From: Pseudomonadota bacterium
GTDB taxonomy: Bacteria; Myxococcota_A; Bradymonadia; Bradymonadales; GCA-2716585
Assembly: GCA_005804885.1 (NCBI GenBank)
Contig: SYOX01000371.1
Location: forward strand, 1-49,031
Length of the DNA stretch: 49,031 bases
Direction: 5' to 3'
A model generated the notes under the pieces. That model did not search any database, was not told the origin of the DNA, and worked only from the letters and a program-made list of their open reading frames with translations. Shown in pieces: positions 27,933 to 36,670 of the stretch. Positions within the stretch are counted from its first letter, which is position 1. The number at the start of each line of letters is the position of its first letter. The translations under genes were made by a program, and so were the position numbers.

Positions 27933-28328
27933 TTGAAGACCATCCCCGAGTCCTACCGAGACATCCTGTCCGGGAAGTCCTTCGCGCACCTGAGCACGAT
28001 CATGGAGGACGGCTCGCCGCAGGCCAGCCCGGTCTGGATCGACATGCAGGGCGACAATCTGCTGGTGAACTCGGCTGCGGGCCGGCTCAAGGACCGCAAC
28101 ATGCGGCGCGATCCCAACGTCGCGCTCTCGATCACCGATCCGGACAACCCCTATCGGTGCCTGATGATCCGGGGTCGTGTGGTCGAGGTGACGACGGAAG
28201 GCGCCGACGCGCACATCGACGCGATGGCCAGGAAGTACATGGGTGTGGAGGCCTACCCCTTTCGAAAGCCGGGGGAGGAGCGTGTGCTGTACGTGATCGA
28301 GACGGTAAGCGTCAGCACGATGGGGTGA
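27933..28328 (+). CDS. pyridoxamine 5'-phosphate oxidase (PPOX)-family / F420-type small protein
   Basis: TTG start with an AAGGAAG SD (the first ORF-track ATG would overlap the RNase gene). Sequence IPESYRDILSGKSFAHLSTIMEDGSPQASPVWIDMQGDNLLVNSAAGRLKDRNMRRDPNVALSITDPDNPY is typical of the PPOX-like split-barrel. Confidence 0.65.
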   Translation: MKTIPESYRDILSGKSFAHLSTIMEDGSPQASPVWIDMQGDNLLVNSAAGRLKDRNMRRDPNVALSITDPDNPYRCLMIRGRVVEVTTEGADAHIDAMARKYMGVEAYPFRKPGEERVLYVIETVSVSTMG

Positions 28329-28352
28329 GGGTTTCGCCCCACCGTGCGACGC

Positions 28353-29417
28353 TCACCACTTTTCGCGCCGCTGCTTGACGACGGCCTTGATCTGGCGGCC
28401 GAAGTTCTTGTTGCGGCGGCGCTCTGCGGCCTTGTCCTGCCGTCGCTCCTGCCAGGCCAGCTCGCGGCCGAGCTTGTCGTAGTTGCTCAGGCGGGCCTCG
28501 GCCAGCGCTCCGGCCTCGATGGCCTCGCGCACGGCGCACCCGGGTTCGTCCTGGTGGGCGCAGTCGCGGTATCTGCAGTCCCTGCCGAGGTTTTCGATGT
28601 CCTCGAAGGCGGTGTCCAGTTCGGCGCCGCCCCAGAGCTGGAGCTCCCGGATGCCTGGGGTGTCCATCAGGAGGCCGCGGTCGTCGGGCAGGAGGATGAG
28701 CTGCCGGTGGGTGGTGGTGTGTCGGCCCTCGTCGTCGTCAGATCGGATGGCCTTGACGAGCTGGCGCTGGCGGCCCAGGAGGCTGTTGATCAGGGTGGAC
28801 TTGCCCACGCCCGAGGAGCCGACGAAGGCCGCCGTCACGCCGGGGCCGAGGTAGCGGTCGAGCTCCTCGATCCCGCGGCCCTGGAGGGCGCTGACGATCT
28901 CGACGGGCGCGCCTGCGGCGGCCCGAAGGACGCGCTGGCTGACCCGGTCCGGGTCGTCGACCAGATCGGCCTTGCTCAAGATCAGGACGGGGGTGGCGCC
29001 GGACTCGTGGATCGAGACAAGGTAGCGCTCGATCCGTGAGAGGGACAGCTCCCGGTTGAGGGAGGTGACGACGAAGACGACGTCGAGGTTGGCGCCGAGG
29101 ATCTGGGCCTGGAGCTTTCCGCCGGCGGCCTGCCTGATGAGGCGCGAGCGCCTGTCGAGGCGCCCGACGACGACGCCGGAGCCGGCGCCGTCGGTCTTGA
29201 CGAGCACCCAGTCGCCCACGACGGGCAGGTCCTCGTCCAGGCTCTCGTGCCTGAGCCGACCGGAGAGGGTTGCGCTGAGGGGGCCGGAGGCCGTCAGCAG
29301 CTCGAGGGTGCCTCGGTGATCGGCCGCGACGCGGGCCGGCAGGAGGTCAGTGTTCTTCAGAAGATCGTACTGGGACTGAAAAAACCCGGTCCAACCGAGT
29401 TGATGTAAAGCGTTCAA
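28353..29417 (-). CDS. rsgA: ribosome small-subunit-dependent GTPase A
   Basis: Circularly permuted GTPase motifs (LILSKADL G4, then GSSGVGKSTLINSL G1, DTPG G3). C-terminal zinc finger (CRYRDCAHQDEPGC). TTG start with an AAGGAGA SD at 5-nt spacing. The ORF-track start further upstream is an unlikely Pro/Ser-rich extension. Confidence 0.85.
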   Translation of the reverse strand: MNALHQLGWTGFFQSQYDLLKNTDLLPARVAADHRGTLELLTASGPLSATLSGRLRHESLDEDLPVVGDWVLVKTDGAGSGVVVGRLDRRSRLIRQAAGGKLQAQILGANLDVVFVVTSLNRELSLSRIERYLVSIHESGATPVLILSKADLVDDPDRVSQRVLRAAAGAPVEIVSALQGRGIEELDRYLGPGVTAAFVGSSGVGKSTLINSLLGRQRQLVKAIRSDDDEGRHTTTHRQLILLPDDRGLLMDTPGIRELQLWGGAELDTAFEDIENLGRDCRYRDCAHQDEPGCAVREAIEAGALAEARLSNYDKLGRELAWQERRQDKAAERRRNKNFGRQIKAVVKQRREKW

Positions 29418-30016
29418 CGCTTTCTCCTTCAGGGCGTCACGGTCGGGTGACGCGGACTCACAGGCGCGGTGCGCAAGGCGCCGCGCGGCTGATGTGCGGG
29501 GTGACCGCGCAAGAGGTGTCTGGAGTCTCAGGCTGAAGCCGGAAGGAGAGAGAGGACCGTCAGGCGCGCCCAGAGACCCCGGAGAGGTTTTGGACAATGG
29601 CGTTTGTGTTCATGTCGACCTCCTTGGTGGGGTGTTGGGGGAATGGCGAGGGCGTGACCCATCGCGACGGAACGGGGGGAGAGTAGATCGTCGATGGTTG
29701 ATGTCAACCCTGAAAAGTGTGGCGTGGATCGAGAGGGCGCGGAGACGGGCTTGCGGAAAGGTGATCGAGGGGGGGCGCAGGGCCGGGATCAGGGGTCGAG
29801 AGCGTCCGGAGCGAGGAAGGCGTCAAGGTCAGCGTCGAACAAGCCGTCGGGGTTTCTGGCGCGAGGGGCCCTGGGCTGGACGTGAAGGTCAAAGTCGACG
29901 TTGAGCGAGCTGAAGGAGGAGTCTGCCTGGAGTTCGGCGGGGTCGGGTTGTTCGAGCAGCAGGGTGGAGTCACGAAGATCCTGGGAGCAGGAGCGCGGGG
30001 GTACTTGAGGTCGCAT

Positions 30017-30562
30017 TCACGGTCGCTGGCGCGGAGGGAGGTTCGCGGCCTTGCCGAGCAGGGGTTGATCGATCAGGACAGACAGGAGGATGGCGTGGGC
30101 GTCCTCGGGATCAAAGCCCTTGGACCATCGGGTCCTGGCGTCGTAGCGGGCCTGCTTGAAGGAGGCCCCGTCGATCTTGGCGCCGCTGAGGTTGGCGCCG
30201 CGCAGGTCAGCGCCGCACAGGTTGGCGCAGCGCAGGTCAGCGCCGCACAGGTTGGCGTGGCGCAGGTCCGCGCCGCTGAAGTCCACGCAGTTCAGGAGCG
30301 CCTTGCGGAAGTTCGACCGCTTGAGGTTCGCGCCCGTGAAGTCGCTGCTCTCCATGGACGACTCCGAGAGGTTGATCCCTTCCAACTTCACCCCCTCCAT
30401 CGAGAGGCGATGAAACCAGCGCTGGCCGTCCTGATAGCGGGCGCGGAGTTGACCCTCCGAGACCGGGTTGGCGACGTCGGTCAAGTGCCCCTGCGGGCCA
30501 TGTGGGGGTTCATTGGCGCCCCCGGGCGTCTCCTCGTCGCGATCGAGTAGATAATTGATCAT
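30017..30562 (-). CDS. pentapeptide-repeat protein
   Basis: Tandem A(D/N)LxxA-type pentapeptides (ANLCGADLRCANLCGADLRGANLSGAKIDGASF). Internal ATG chosen. An AT-rich promoter-like island lies at 30640-30700. Confidence 0.7.
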   Translation of the reverse strand: MINYLLDRDEETPGGANEPPHGPQGHLTDVANPVSEGQLRARYQDGQRWFHRLSMEGVKLEGINLSESSMESSDFTGANLKRSNFRKALLNCVDFSGADLRHANLCGADLRCANLCGADLRGANLSGAKIDGASFKQARYDARTRWSKGFDPEDAHAILLSVLIDQPLLGKAANLPPRQRP

Positions 30563-30955
30563 GTATTCATCGATGTTCTGGTTGACCAAGGTGACACCTT
30601 GAGTGGAGGGCCAGGAGAGGTCGGTCAGGATGTCCACACGGCAGAGTGCTGTTTGATATATATGTAATTTTACAACATAAAGCAAGGCCTGTCGTCAAGA
30701 CTTGAGACTTCGATCCCGCGGGCGTGGCGCGGAGACCTCATGTGGCAAGGCGGCGACGCCCAGGCGCGCCACCTTGTCACGACCTGCCGGCCATCTGGGG
30801 TTGGACGCCGTGGGCGTGAAGTCCCGCGCGCCTGCGGCCTGTCGAGCCCGTGGCGGCGATCCATCGATATCTCGCGACCTTGGCACGCGCGCTGCTCCCT
30901 TGTCCCTGCTGGCGAGAGCCTCACGCTGAACTCCAGCCCGCGATCAAGGCCCACG

Positions 30956-32413
30956 ATGACCCTGTCTTGCTCTCTGCGCCCTCGATCCTTCTGGCTCTCG
31001 ATGCTCCTCGTCGCCTTGCTCCCTGTGCTGTCCTGCTCGGAAGACGAGGACTTCGACGAGGATCTGGCCCGCTTCACCCCGGACGAGGCCCCGGATCCGC
31101 CGGTGGTTCAGGTGCGCTTCGACGACCTGCCCGATGGCACGCTCAAGTTCGACGCCTCAGGACGGCGCTGGACCCGCAACGACCTGACGTGGTGCTTGAA
31201 GGACACGACGCCGGACCTGAGCCGGGCGCAGATCATCGGGGCGCTGGAGGCCGCCGCCGCCGAGTGGTCCCGCGTCACCCCCTTGACCCTGCGGCGCGTC
31301 GACGACTGCCAGGGCGCCAACCTGGAGGTGCGCTTTGGCATCCAGGAGCACGGCGACAACAGCCCCTTCGACGGCCCAGGCCAGACTCTGGCCCACGCCT
31401 ACTTTCCGCAGGACGGCCGAGTCCACTTCGACGACGACGAGACCTGGACCCTCACGCAGCGATCCTCGGGCAGCAACCCCATCGACCTGCAGACCGTCGC
31501 CCTCCATGAGCTGGGGCACGCGCTGGGCCTGCGACACTCCAGCGTCCAGGGCGCCGTCATGCACGCCCTCTACGGCGGCTCGCGGCGCCGCCTGACCCAG
31601 GATGACGTCGACGGCATCCAGAGCATCTACGGGGCCTCCAGCGTCAACCCCGATCCCAATCCCCTCCCGCCCGGCGACGACCACGGCGACTCCCCCGCGA
31701 CCGCCACCCTCGTGGCGACGCCCTCATCCACGCCAGGGAACATCGCCCTGGCCAACGACGTCGACGTCTTCCGCTTCGAGGCCCCCCGAGGCGGCGAGGC
31801 CGTCATCCAGAGCCAAGGCGAGATCGACACGCTGTGCGAGCTTCGCGATCGCGCCAACGCGCTCATCAAGAAGGACGACGACGGCGGAGGAGGCCGAAAC
31901 TGCCGCATCGCCGCAACCCTGACGCCCGGCGAGCACTTCGTCCAGGTCCGCCACTACAGCGCCACCGGCATCGGCCCCTATATCCTCGACCTGGCCCTCA
32001 CCGCCCCCCCTGAGCCCGATCCTCAACCAGACCCTCAGCCCGAGCCCGAACCCCAACCCGACGCCCAGCCAGACCCTCAGCCCGAACCGGAGCAGGAGCC
32101 GGACCCCCAACCAGACCCCCAACCCGATCCGCAGCCTGAGCCCGCGCCCGATCGCGACGGCGACGGCGTCCCCAACACCCAGGACAGGTGCAGGGAGACG
32201 CCGCGCGGGGCCTCGGCCTGGCAAGAGGGGCAATGGCGCGGCTGCTCCGGCGGGCAGCGGGTCAACCCCGAGCCCGAGTACGACACCGACGGCGACGGCG
32301 TCCCCGACACCGAGGATCAGTGCAGCGGCACGGCCCCCGGCGCCACCGTATGGCGCGAGGGCGTCTACAAGGGCTGCGCCGGCGGTCAGATCCGCGACAG
32401 AGATCGACGGTAG
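30956..32413 (+). CDS. secreted matrixin-family (M10) zinc metalloprotease lipoprotein with a P/Q/E/D-rich linker and thrombospondin type-3-like Ca-binding repeats
   Basis: Lipoprotein signal (LLVALLPVLSC). HELGHALGLRHS zincin motif plus Met-turn (AVMHALY). Linker (PEPDPQPDPQPEPEPQPD)n. DRDGDGVPNTQDRC and DTDGDGVPDTEDQC repeats. Confidence 0.8.
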   Translation: MTLSCSLRPRSFWLSMLLVALLPVLSCSEDEDFDEDLARFTPDEAPDPPVVQVRFDDLPDGTLKFDASGRRWTRNDLTWCLKDTTPDLSRAQIIGALEAAAAEWSRVTPLTLRRVDDCQGANLEVRFGIQEHGDNSPFDGPGQTLAHAYFPQDGRVHFDDDETWTLTQRSSGSNPIDLQTVALHELGHALGLRHSSVQGAVMHALYGGSRRRLTQDDVDGIQSIYGASSVNPDPNPLPPGDDHGDSPATATLVATPSSTPGNIALANDVDVFRFEAPRGGEAVIQSQGEIDTLCELRDRANALIKKDDDGGGGRNCRIAATLTPGEHFVQVRHYSATGIGPYILDLALTAPPEPDPQPDPQPEPEPQPDAQPDPQPEPEQEPDPQPDPQPDPQPEPAPDRDGDGVPNTQDRCRETPRGASAWQEGQWRGCSGGQRVNPEPEYDTDGDGVPDTEDQCSGTAPGATVWREGVYKGCAGGQIRDRDRR

Positions 32414-32497
32414 CTCCTCACCTCATCTCAGGTCGCGCCGCGACCGACAACCTCGCCACCAAAAAATTACTCAATGATATAAGCCACTTAAGGGCGC

Positions 32498-35400
32498 TCA
32501 GGGTTGGAGCCTGATGAGGCCGAGCCAGGTGGCGCCCATCTCGCCGCGCTCGGGGCCGGGCTGCTCGCTGAAGGGGGCGCCGATGAAGAGGCCTGGCAGG
32601 CCGGGGCTGTCGAGGCCGATCTCGCCGCCCGCGACGGCGGCGCCGAAGCGGCCGTCGGGGAAGTTGCGCTCGCCGGCGATGATCACGTCGGCCTGGGAGA
32701 GCAGGTCGAGGTCGTCGCTGCCGAGGAAGACGAAGGCGGCGCCGGTGGGCAGATCGACGCCCGGGCGAGAGAGCTGTGCGCCGACGATGAGATCCTCGAA
32801 GCCGTCTTGATCGATGTCCCCGAGGGAGTTCATCGCCACGCCGAAGTTCTGGTTGACGTTGCCGGTGGGGTCCAGGAGCGCGCCGAGCAGGAGCGAGGTG
32901 TTGAGGTCGAGGGTCGTGTCGGAGCGCAGGCCCGAGAGCGCGTCGCGCAGGCGCTGGCCGCTGTAGACCATCACGGCGGCGAGGTTGGTCGGGCCGACGC
33001 CGGTCGAGCCGACCGCGAGATCCTTGATGCCGTCGCCGTCCACGTCGGCCATCGCGAGGCTGTAGCCCAGGTTGTCGTTGGCCAGCTCGCCCAGCAGCGT
33101 GATCTTGACGGGCGACACGGGGCAGCCGGGCCCCCCCCAGCCCAGCCACGCGAAGACCGCGCCGACGTTGTCTCGGCCAGGGACGTCGTGGTTGTAGGCG
33201 CCCGAGAGCATGTCGTCGCAGCCGTCGTCGTTGAGATCGCCGACGGCCTGGGAGAGCCCCAGGAAGTCCGAGCCGACGACGCCCTCTCCGAGCAGGTTGA
33301 CGTCGTGGTTGACGCAGACGCGCGCGATGCTGCCCGCCGAGGGCACGCCCAGCGCGTAATAGAGGCGCCCCCGGTTCCCGTTCCAGTTCCAGTCGGCCAT
33401 CATGAGGTCGCCGAAGCCGTCGCCGTTGAGGTCGAAGCCGCCCTCGATGGTCCGGGCGGCGCGGGCGTTGACGACGGAGGGGCCGCAGACGATGGCGTCG
33501 GGCTCGCCCATGCGGGGGATCTCGGAGAGGGGGCCGAGGTGTCGGGCGCCGAAGTCGGCGCCGCCGAAGTAGACGAAGACCGCGCCGACGTCGTTGACGT
33601 TCGCGTTGTTGATCCGACAGGGGGTGCAAAGGCCGCCGAGGTCTTCGAAGGGGGCGCCGACGGCCACGTCGTCGATGCCGTCGCCGTTGAAGTCGCCGGC
33701 GTTGGAGACGCCGAAGCCGAAGAAGTCGGAGCCGTTGTGGTTGGTGTGGTCGGCCAGGAGCAGATCGGGGGTGGCGCGCAGGCCGTCGGGGCCGCCGAAG
33801 TGGATGAAGGCGGCGCCAGCGTTCTGGTGCATCAGCGCGCCCCATTGCTGTGGCTCGTCGCGATCCCAGTCGGGTGCGCCGACGATGAAGTCGAGGAAGC
33901 CGTCGGCGTTGAGGTCGCCGGCGGCGTCGACGGACGAGCCGATGAGCTCGTCGTTTTCGGCGACGGGGGCGTCGAGGGGGCGAAGCTCGGCGAAGGAGAA
34001 GTCGGGCGAGGCGCTGGGCCACCAGTAGAGCCTCCCGAGGTGCTCGCGGGTGTCCGTGATGTCGCGGGCGGGGCCGCGGGGGGCGTGGACGAGGAGATCG
34101 CGGCGCTGGTCGCCGTCCAGGTCGCCGACGAGGGCGAGGGTGGCGCCGAAGAAGTCGCCATTGCGGTAGACCTCGTTGGGCATGATCCGGGCCTGGGACA
34201 GGTGGGCCTCGGCGCCTTGATCGCCGAGGCAGCCCTGGGGCGAGATCAGTCCGCGGAAGAGGCGGACCTCGCCGACGTCGGCGACGGTGCCCTCGTGCTC
34301 TGCGACGCGGGCGCCTGAGATCAGGTCGTCGATCCCGTCGCCGTCGATGTCCCCGGCGGAGACGTCCCATCCGAAGTTGTCGGAGTTCTCGCCGTAGAGG
34401 ACGAGGTCGGCGTCCAGGCGCTCAAGGCGCGCGGCTCGGTCGGGGTGCCAGTCGGGGTCGCCGAAGAAGACGTTGACGGAGCCGGCGGCGGTGTTGGAGC
34501 CGCCTGCGACGGCGCCGGTGCTCTGAGAGACGACCAGATCGGGGACGCAGTCGCCGTTGAAGTCGCCGACGGTCGTGTCCCAGCCCAGCAAGCCAGCGCG
34601 GACTCTGTCTTGGGGCGATGGGGCGAGGGCGAGGGCGGGCCGAGGGTCAAGGACGCAGCCGGAGGGGTGGTTCGCGCTGGCGGTCGAGACGTAGAGGTTG
34701 GCGAAGCCGTGGGAGGCGTCTGCGCGCGGGGTTCCGACGAGGAGGTCGTCGCAGCCGTCGCCGTTGAGGTCGGCGGAGGTCATGGCGTAGCCGAATTCGC
34801 TGTTGGGGCTGGCCTGCGGGGTCAGGTCCTGGGCGAGCGTCGCGCCGTCGATGATGAGGAAGGGCGCGTCGTCGAGGCCGCGCTCGGCGCGGTTGAGGAA
34901 GACGAGGATCTGGCCGATGTTGACCATCGGCGCGCCGGTCTGAGGGTCGATGAAGGCGGGGGACTCGGCCATGGGGGCGGCGACGGCGAGGTCGTCGTTG
35001 CCGTCGCCGTCGAAGTCGCCGGTGGCCAGTTCGAAGCCGAAGCGGTCGCCGCCGGCGCGCCCGGCGAGGCGCTTGAGCGGGCGCGTGGGGGCTGCCTCGG
35101 GCGCTTCGCCGAGGTTGTCCGTGAGCCTTTCGTACCAGGGCTCGCGCTCGGGGCTGGACTGGGCGCATCCGGCGTGGATCTGGACCTCGCCCTGGCTGAA
35201 GGCGGGGGTGTACGCGCCGAAGACGCCGATGGCGATGTCCTGGCAGCCGTCGCGGTCGAAGTCGCCTGCGGCGAGGCCGCGGCCCATGAAGGCCGAGCGC
35301 AGCGCGCCGATGAAGGTCTGGGCGGGCTGGACGCCGAGGCCCGGTCCCTGGGGCGTGTCCTGGCCGCCGAGGTAGAGGAAGGCCGCGCCGGCGTTCTGGC

Positions 35401-36670
35401 CGTTGAGGCCGCTGGCGCGGACGCCCACGAGCACGTCGGGGTGGCCGTCGCCGTTGACGTCGCCCGCGTCGATGATCTTGTTGTCGTCGCTGTGCTGGCC
35501 GTAGCGGTTGTGGAGGTAGTCGCCGCGGGCGATCACCGTGACGGCGGCGTCGGCGATGAAGCCGTCGAGCAGCTCGTCGACCACCCGCAAGGTCACCACG
35601 CCGCTGCGCGCCCCGGCGCGCACGAGGCGCTCGCGCGGCCCCGAGCCCTCCTCGACCGTGGCGCCGATCCCGTCTGGATCGACGATCCCGACGCGGAAGT
35701 GGCCCGATCCTCCCTCCAGGCGCATCGGAAAGGACTCCCCGGCGGGCAGCACCAGCGCGCTGGTGCTCAGGACGATGGGCCTGGCCTGCGCCACGACCCT
35801 CACCTCCGCCCTGACCCGCTGCCCCGTCGCCTGATCCACCGCCCTGACGACGTCCTCGCCGGGCAGCACGCCGGCCGTGTAGCAGCCGCGCGCGTCCACC
35901 TCGGCCTGATCGCCCGATCCGGCCTGGAGCATGTCCCAGGTGAAGGGAGATGGCTCGGCGCGCGGGTCGCCGCTGCCGCCGTCGACGCGAAAGCAGACGA
36001 TGGTGCCGGGGGTGACCTCCGCCTCGGCGGGCGTCAGCGTGAAGGGCCTGAAGACCGAGATGGTGACCTTGAGCGTGCGCTCGCAGGCCACGTCGGTGAC
36101 GTTGATCTCGTCGGCGACGTCGAAGACCTGACCCGAGAGGTAGAAGCCGCTGTCCGAATCGAGGATGCCGCCGCTGCGGTTCTGGACCCAGTCCCACTGG
36201 CGCTGGCCGCTGCCGCCGCGCGCCGCGATCTCCACCGAGGTCAGCGGCAGCACCGCCATGCGCTCGACCTCCAGTTCGAAGGTGTCGCAGCCGTCGTCGA
36301 TCTCCGGCTCCTCATCCTCTGGATCGGCGTCCGGGGGGACGTCTTCGACGGGGCCAGCGTCCTGACCCTCGGGCTGCGCCTCGGGCTGCTGATCGGGATC
36401 GCCCGAGTCAGGATCGCCCAAGTCGGGATCGCCCGAGTCGGGATCGCCCGAGTCGGGGTCGGCTGGCCCCGCGTCCGGCGCCGAGGGAGGCGGGGTCTCG
36501 GCGGGGGGATCTCCGCAGGCCGCCAGGGCGCAGAGCGCCGCCAGGGCGGCGAGCGTCGCCGACGCCCGGGCCACGAGGGCGAAGCGCCCGACCCCGGCGG
36601 GCTGACCCGGATCGCGAAACATGGCACCAATATTTAATGATTTCATCGTGTTACACGCCATGGCGGCCAT
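32498..36670 (-). CDS. giant FG-GAP/integrin-alpha-repeat lipoprotein (paralog 1, about 1390 aa)
   Basis: Signal/lipobox (LAALAALCALAAC). Acidic Pro-rich low-complexity N-terminus. Ig-like region. Many FG-GAP Ca-binding repeats (GDFDGDGNDDLAV, DLNGDGCDDLLVG, GDFNGDGIDDVAVGAP). The ATG overlaps the upstream paralog's stop (TGATG). Confidence 0.8.
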   Translation of the reverse strand: MAAMACNTMKSLNIGAMFRDPGQPAGVGRFALVARASATLAALAALCALAACGDPPAETPPPSAPDAGPADPDSGDPDSGDPDLGDPDSGDPDQQPEAQPEGQDAGPVEDVPPDADPEDEEPEIDDGCDTFELEVERMAVLPLTSVEIAARGGSGQRQWDWVQNRSGGILDSDSGFYLSGQVFDVADEINVTDVACERTLKVTISVFRPFTLTPAEAEVTPGTIVCFRVDGGSGDPRAEPSPFTWDMLQAGSGDQAEVDARGCYTAGVLPGEDVVRAVDQATGQRVRAEVRVVAQARPIVLSTSALVLPAGESFPMRLEGGSGHFRVGIVDPDGIGATVEEGSGPRERLVRAGARSGVVTLRVVDELLDGFIADAAVTVIARGDYLHNRYGQHSDDNKIIDAGDVNGDGHPDVLVGVRASGLNGQNAGAAFLYLGGQDTPQGPGLGVQPAQTFIGALRSAFMGRGLAAGDFDRDGCQDIAIGVFGAYTPAFSQGEVQIHAGCAQSSPEREPWYERLTDNLGEAPEAAPTRPLKRLAGRAGGDRFGFELATGDFDGDGNDDLAVAAPMAESPAFIDPQTGAPMVNIGQILVFLNRAERGLDDAPFLIIDGATLAQDLTPQASPNSEFGYAMTSADLNGDGCDDLLVGTPRADASHGFANLYVSTASANHPSGCVLDPRPALALAPSPQDRVRAGLLGWDTTVGDFNGDCVPDLVVSQSTGAVAGGSNTAAGSVNVFFGDPDWHPDRAARLERLDADLVLYGENSDNFGWDVSAGDIDGDGIDDLISGARVAEHEGTVADVGEVRLFRGLISPQGCLGDQGAEAHLSQARIMPNEVYRNGDFFGATLALVGDLDGDQRRDLLVHAPRGPARDITDTREHLGRLYWWPSASPDFSFAELRPLDAPVAENDELIGSSVDAAGDLNADGFLDFIVGAPDWDRDEPQQWGALMHQNAGAAFIHFGGPDGLRATPDLLLADHTNHNGSDFFGFGVSNAGDFNGDGIDDVAVGAPFEDLGGLCTPCRINNANVNDVGAVFVYFGGADFGARHLGPLSEIPRMGEPDAIVCGPSVVNARAARTIEGGFDLNGDGFGDLMMADWNWNGNRGRLYYALGVPSAGSIARVCVNHDVNLLGEGVVGSDFLGLSQAVGDLNDDGCDDMLSGAYNHDVPGRDNVGAVFAWLGWGGPGCPVSPVKITLLGELANDNLGYSLAMADVDGDGIKDLAVGSTGVGPTNLAAVMVYSGQRLRDALSGLRSDTTLDLNTSLLLGALLDPTGNVNQNFGVAMNSLGDIDQDGFEDLIVGAQLSRPGVDLPTGAAFVFLGSDDLDLLSQADVIIAGERNFPDGRFGAAVAGGEIGLDSPGLPGLFIGAPFSEQPGPERGEMGATWLGLIRLQP

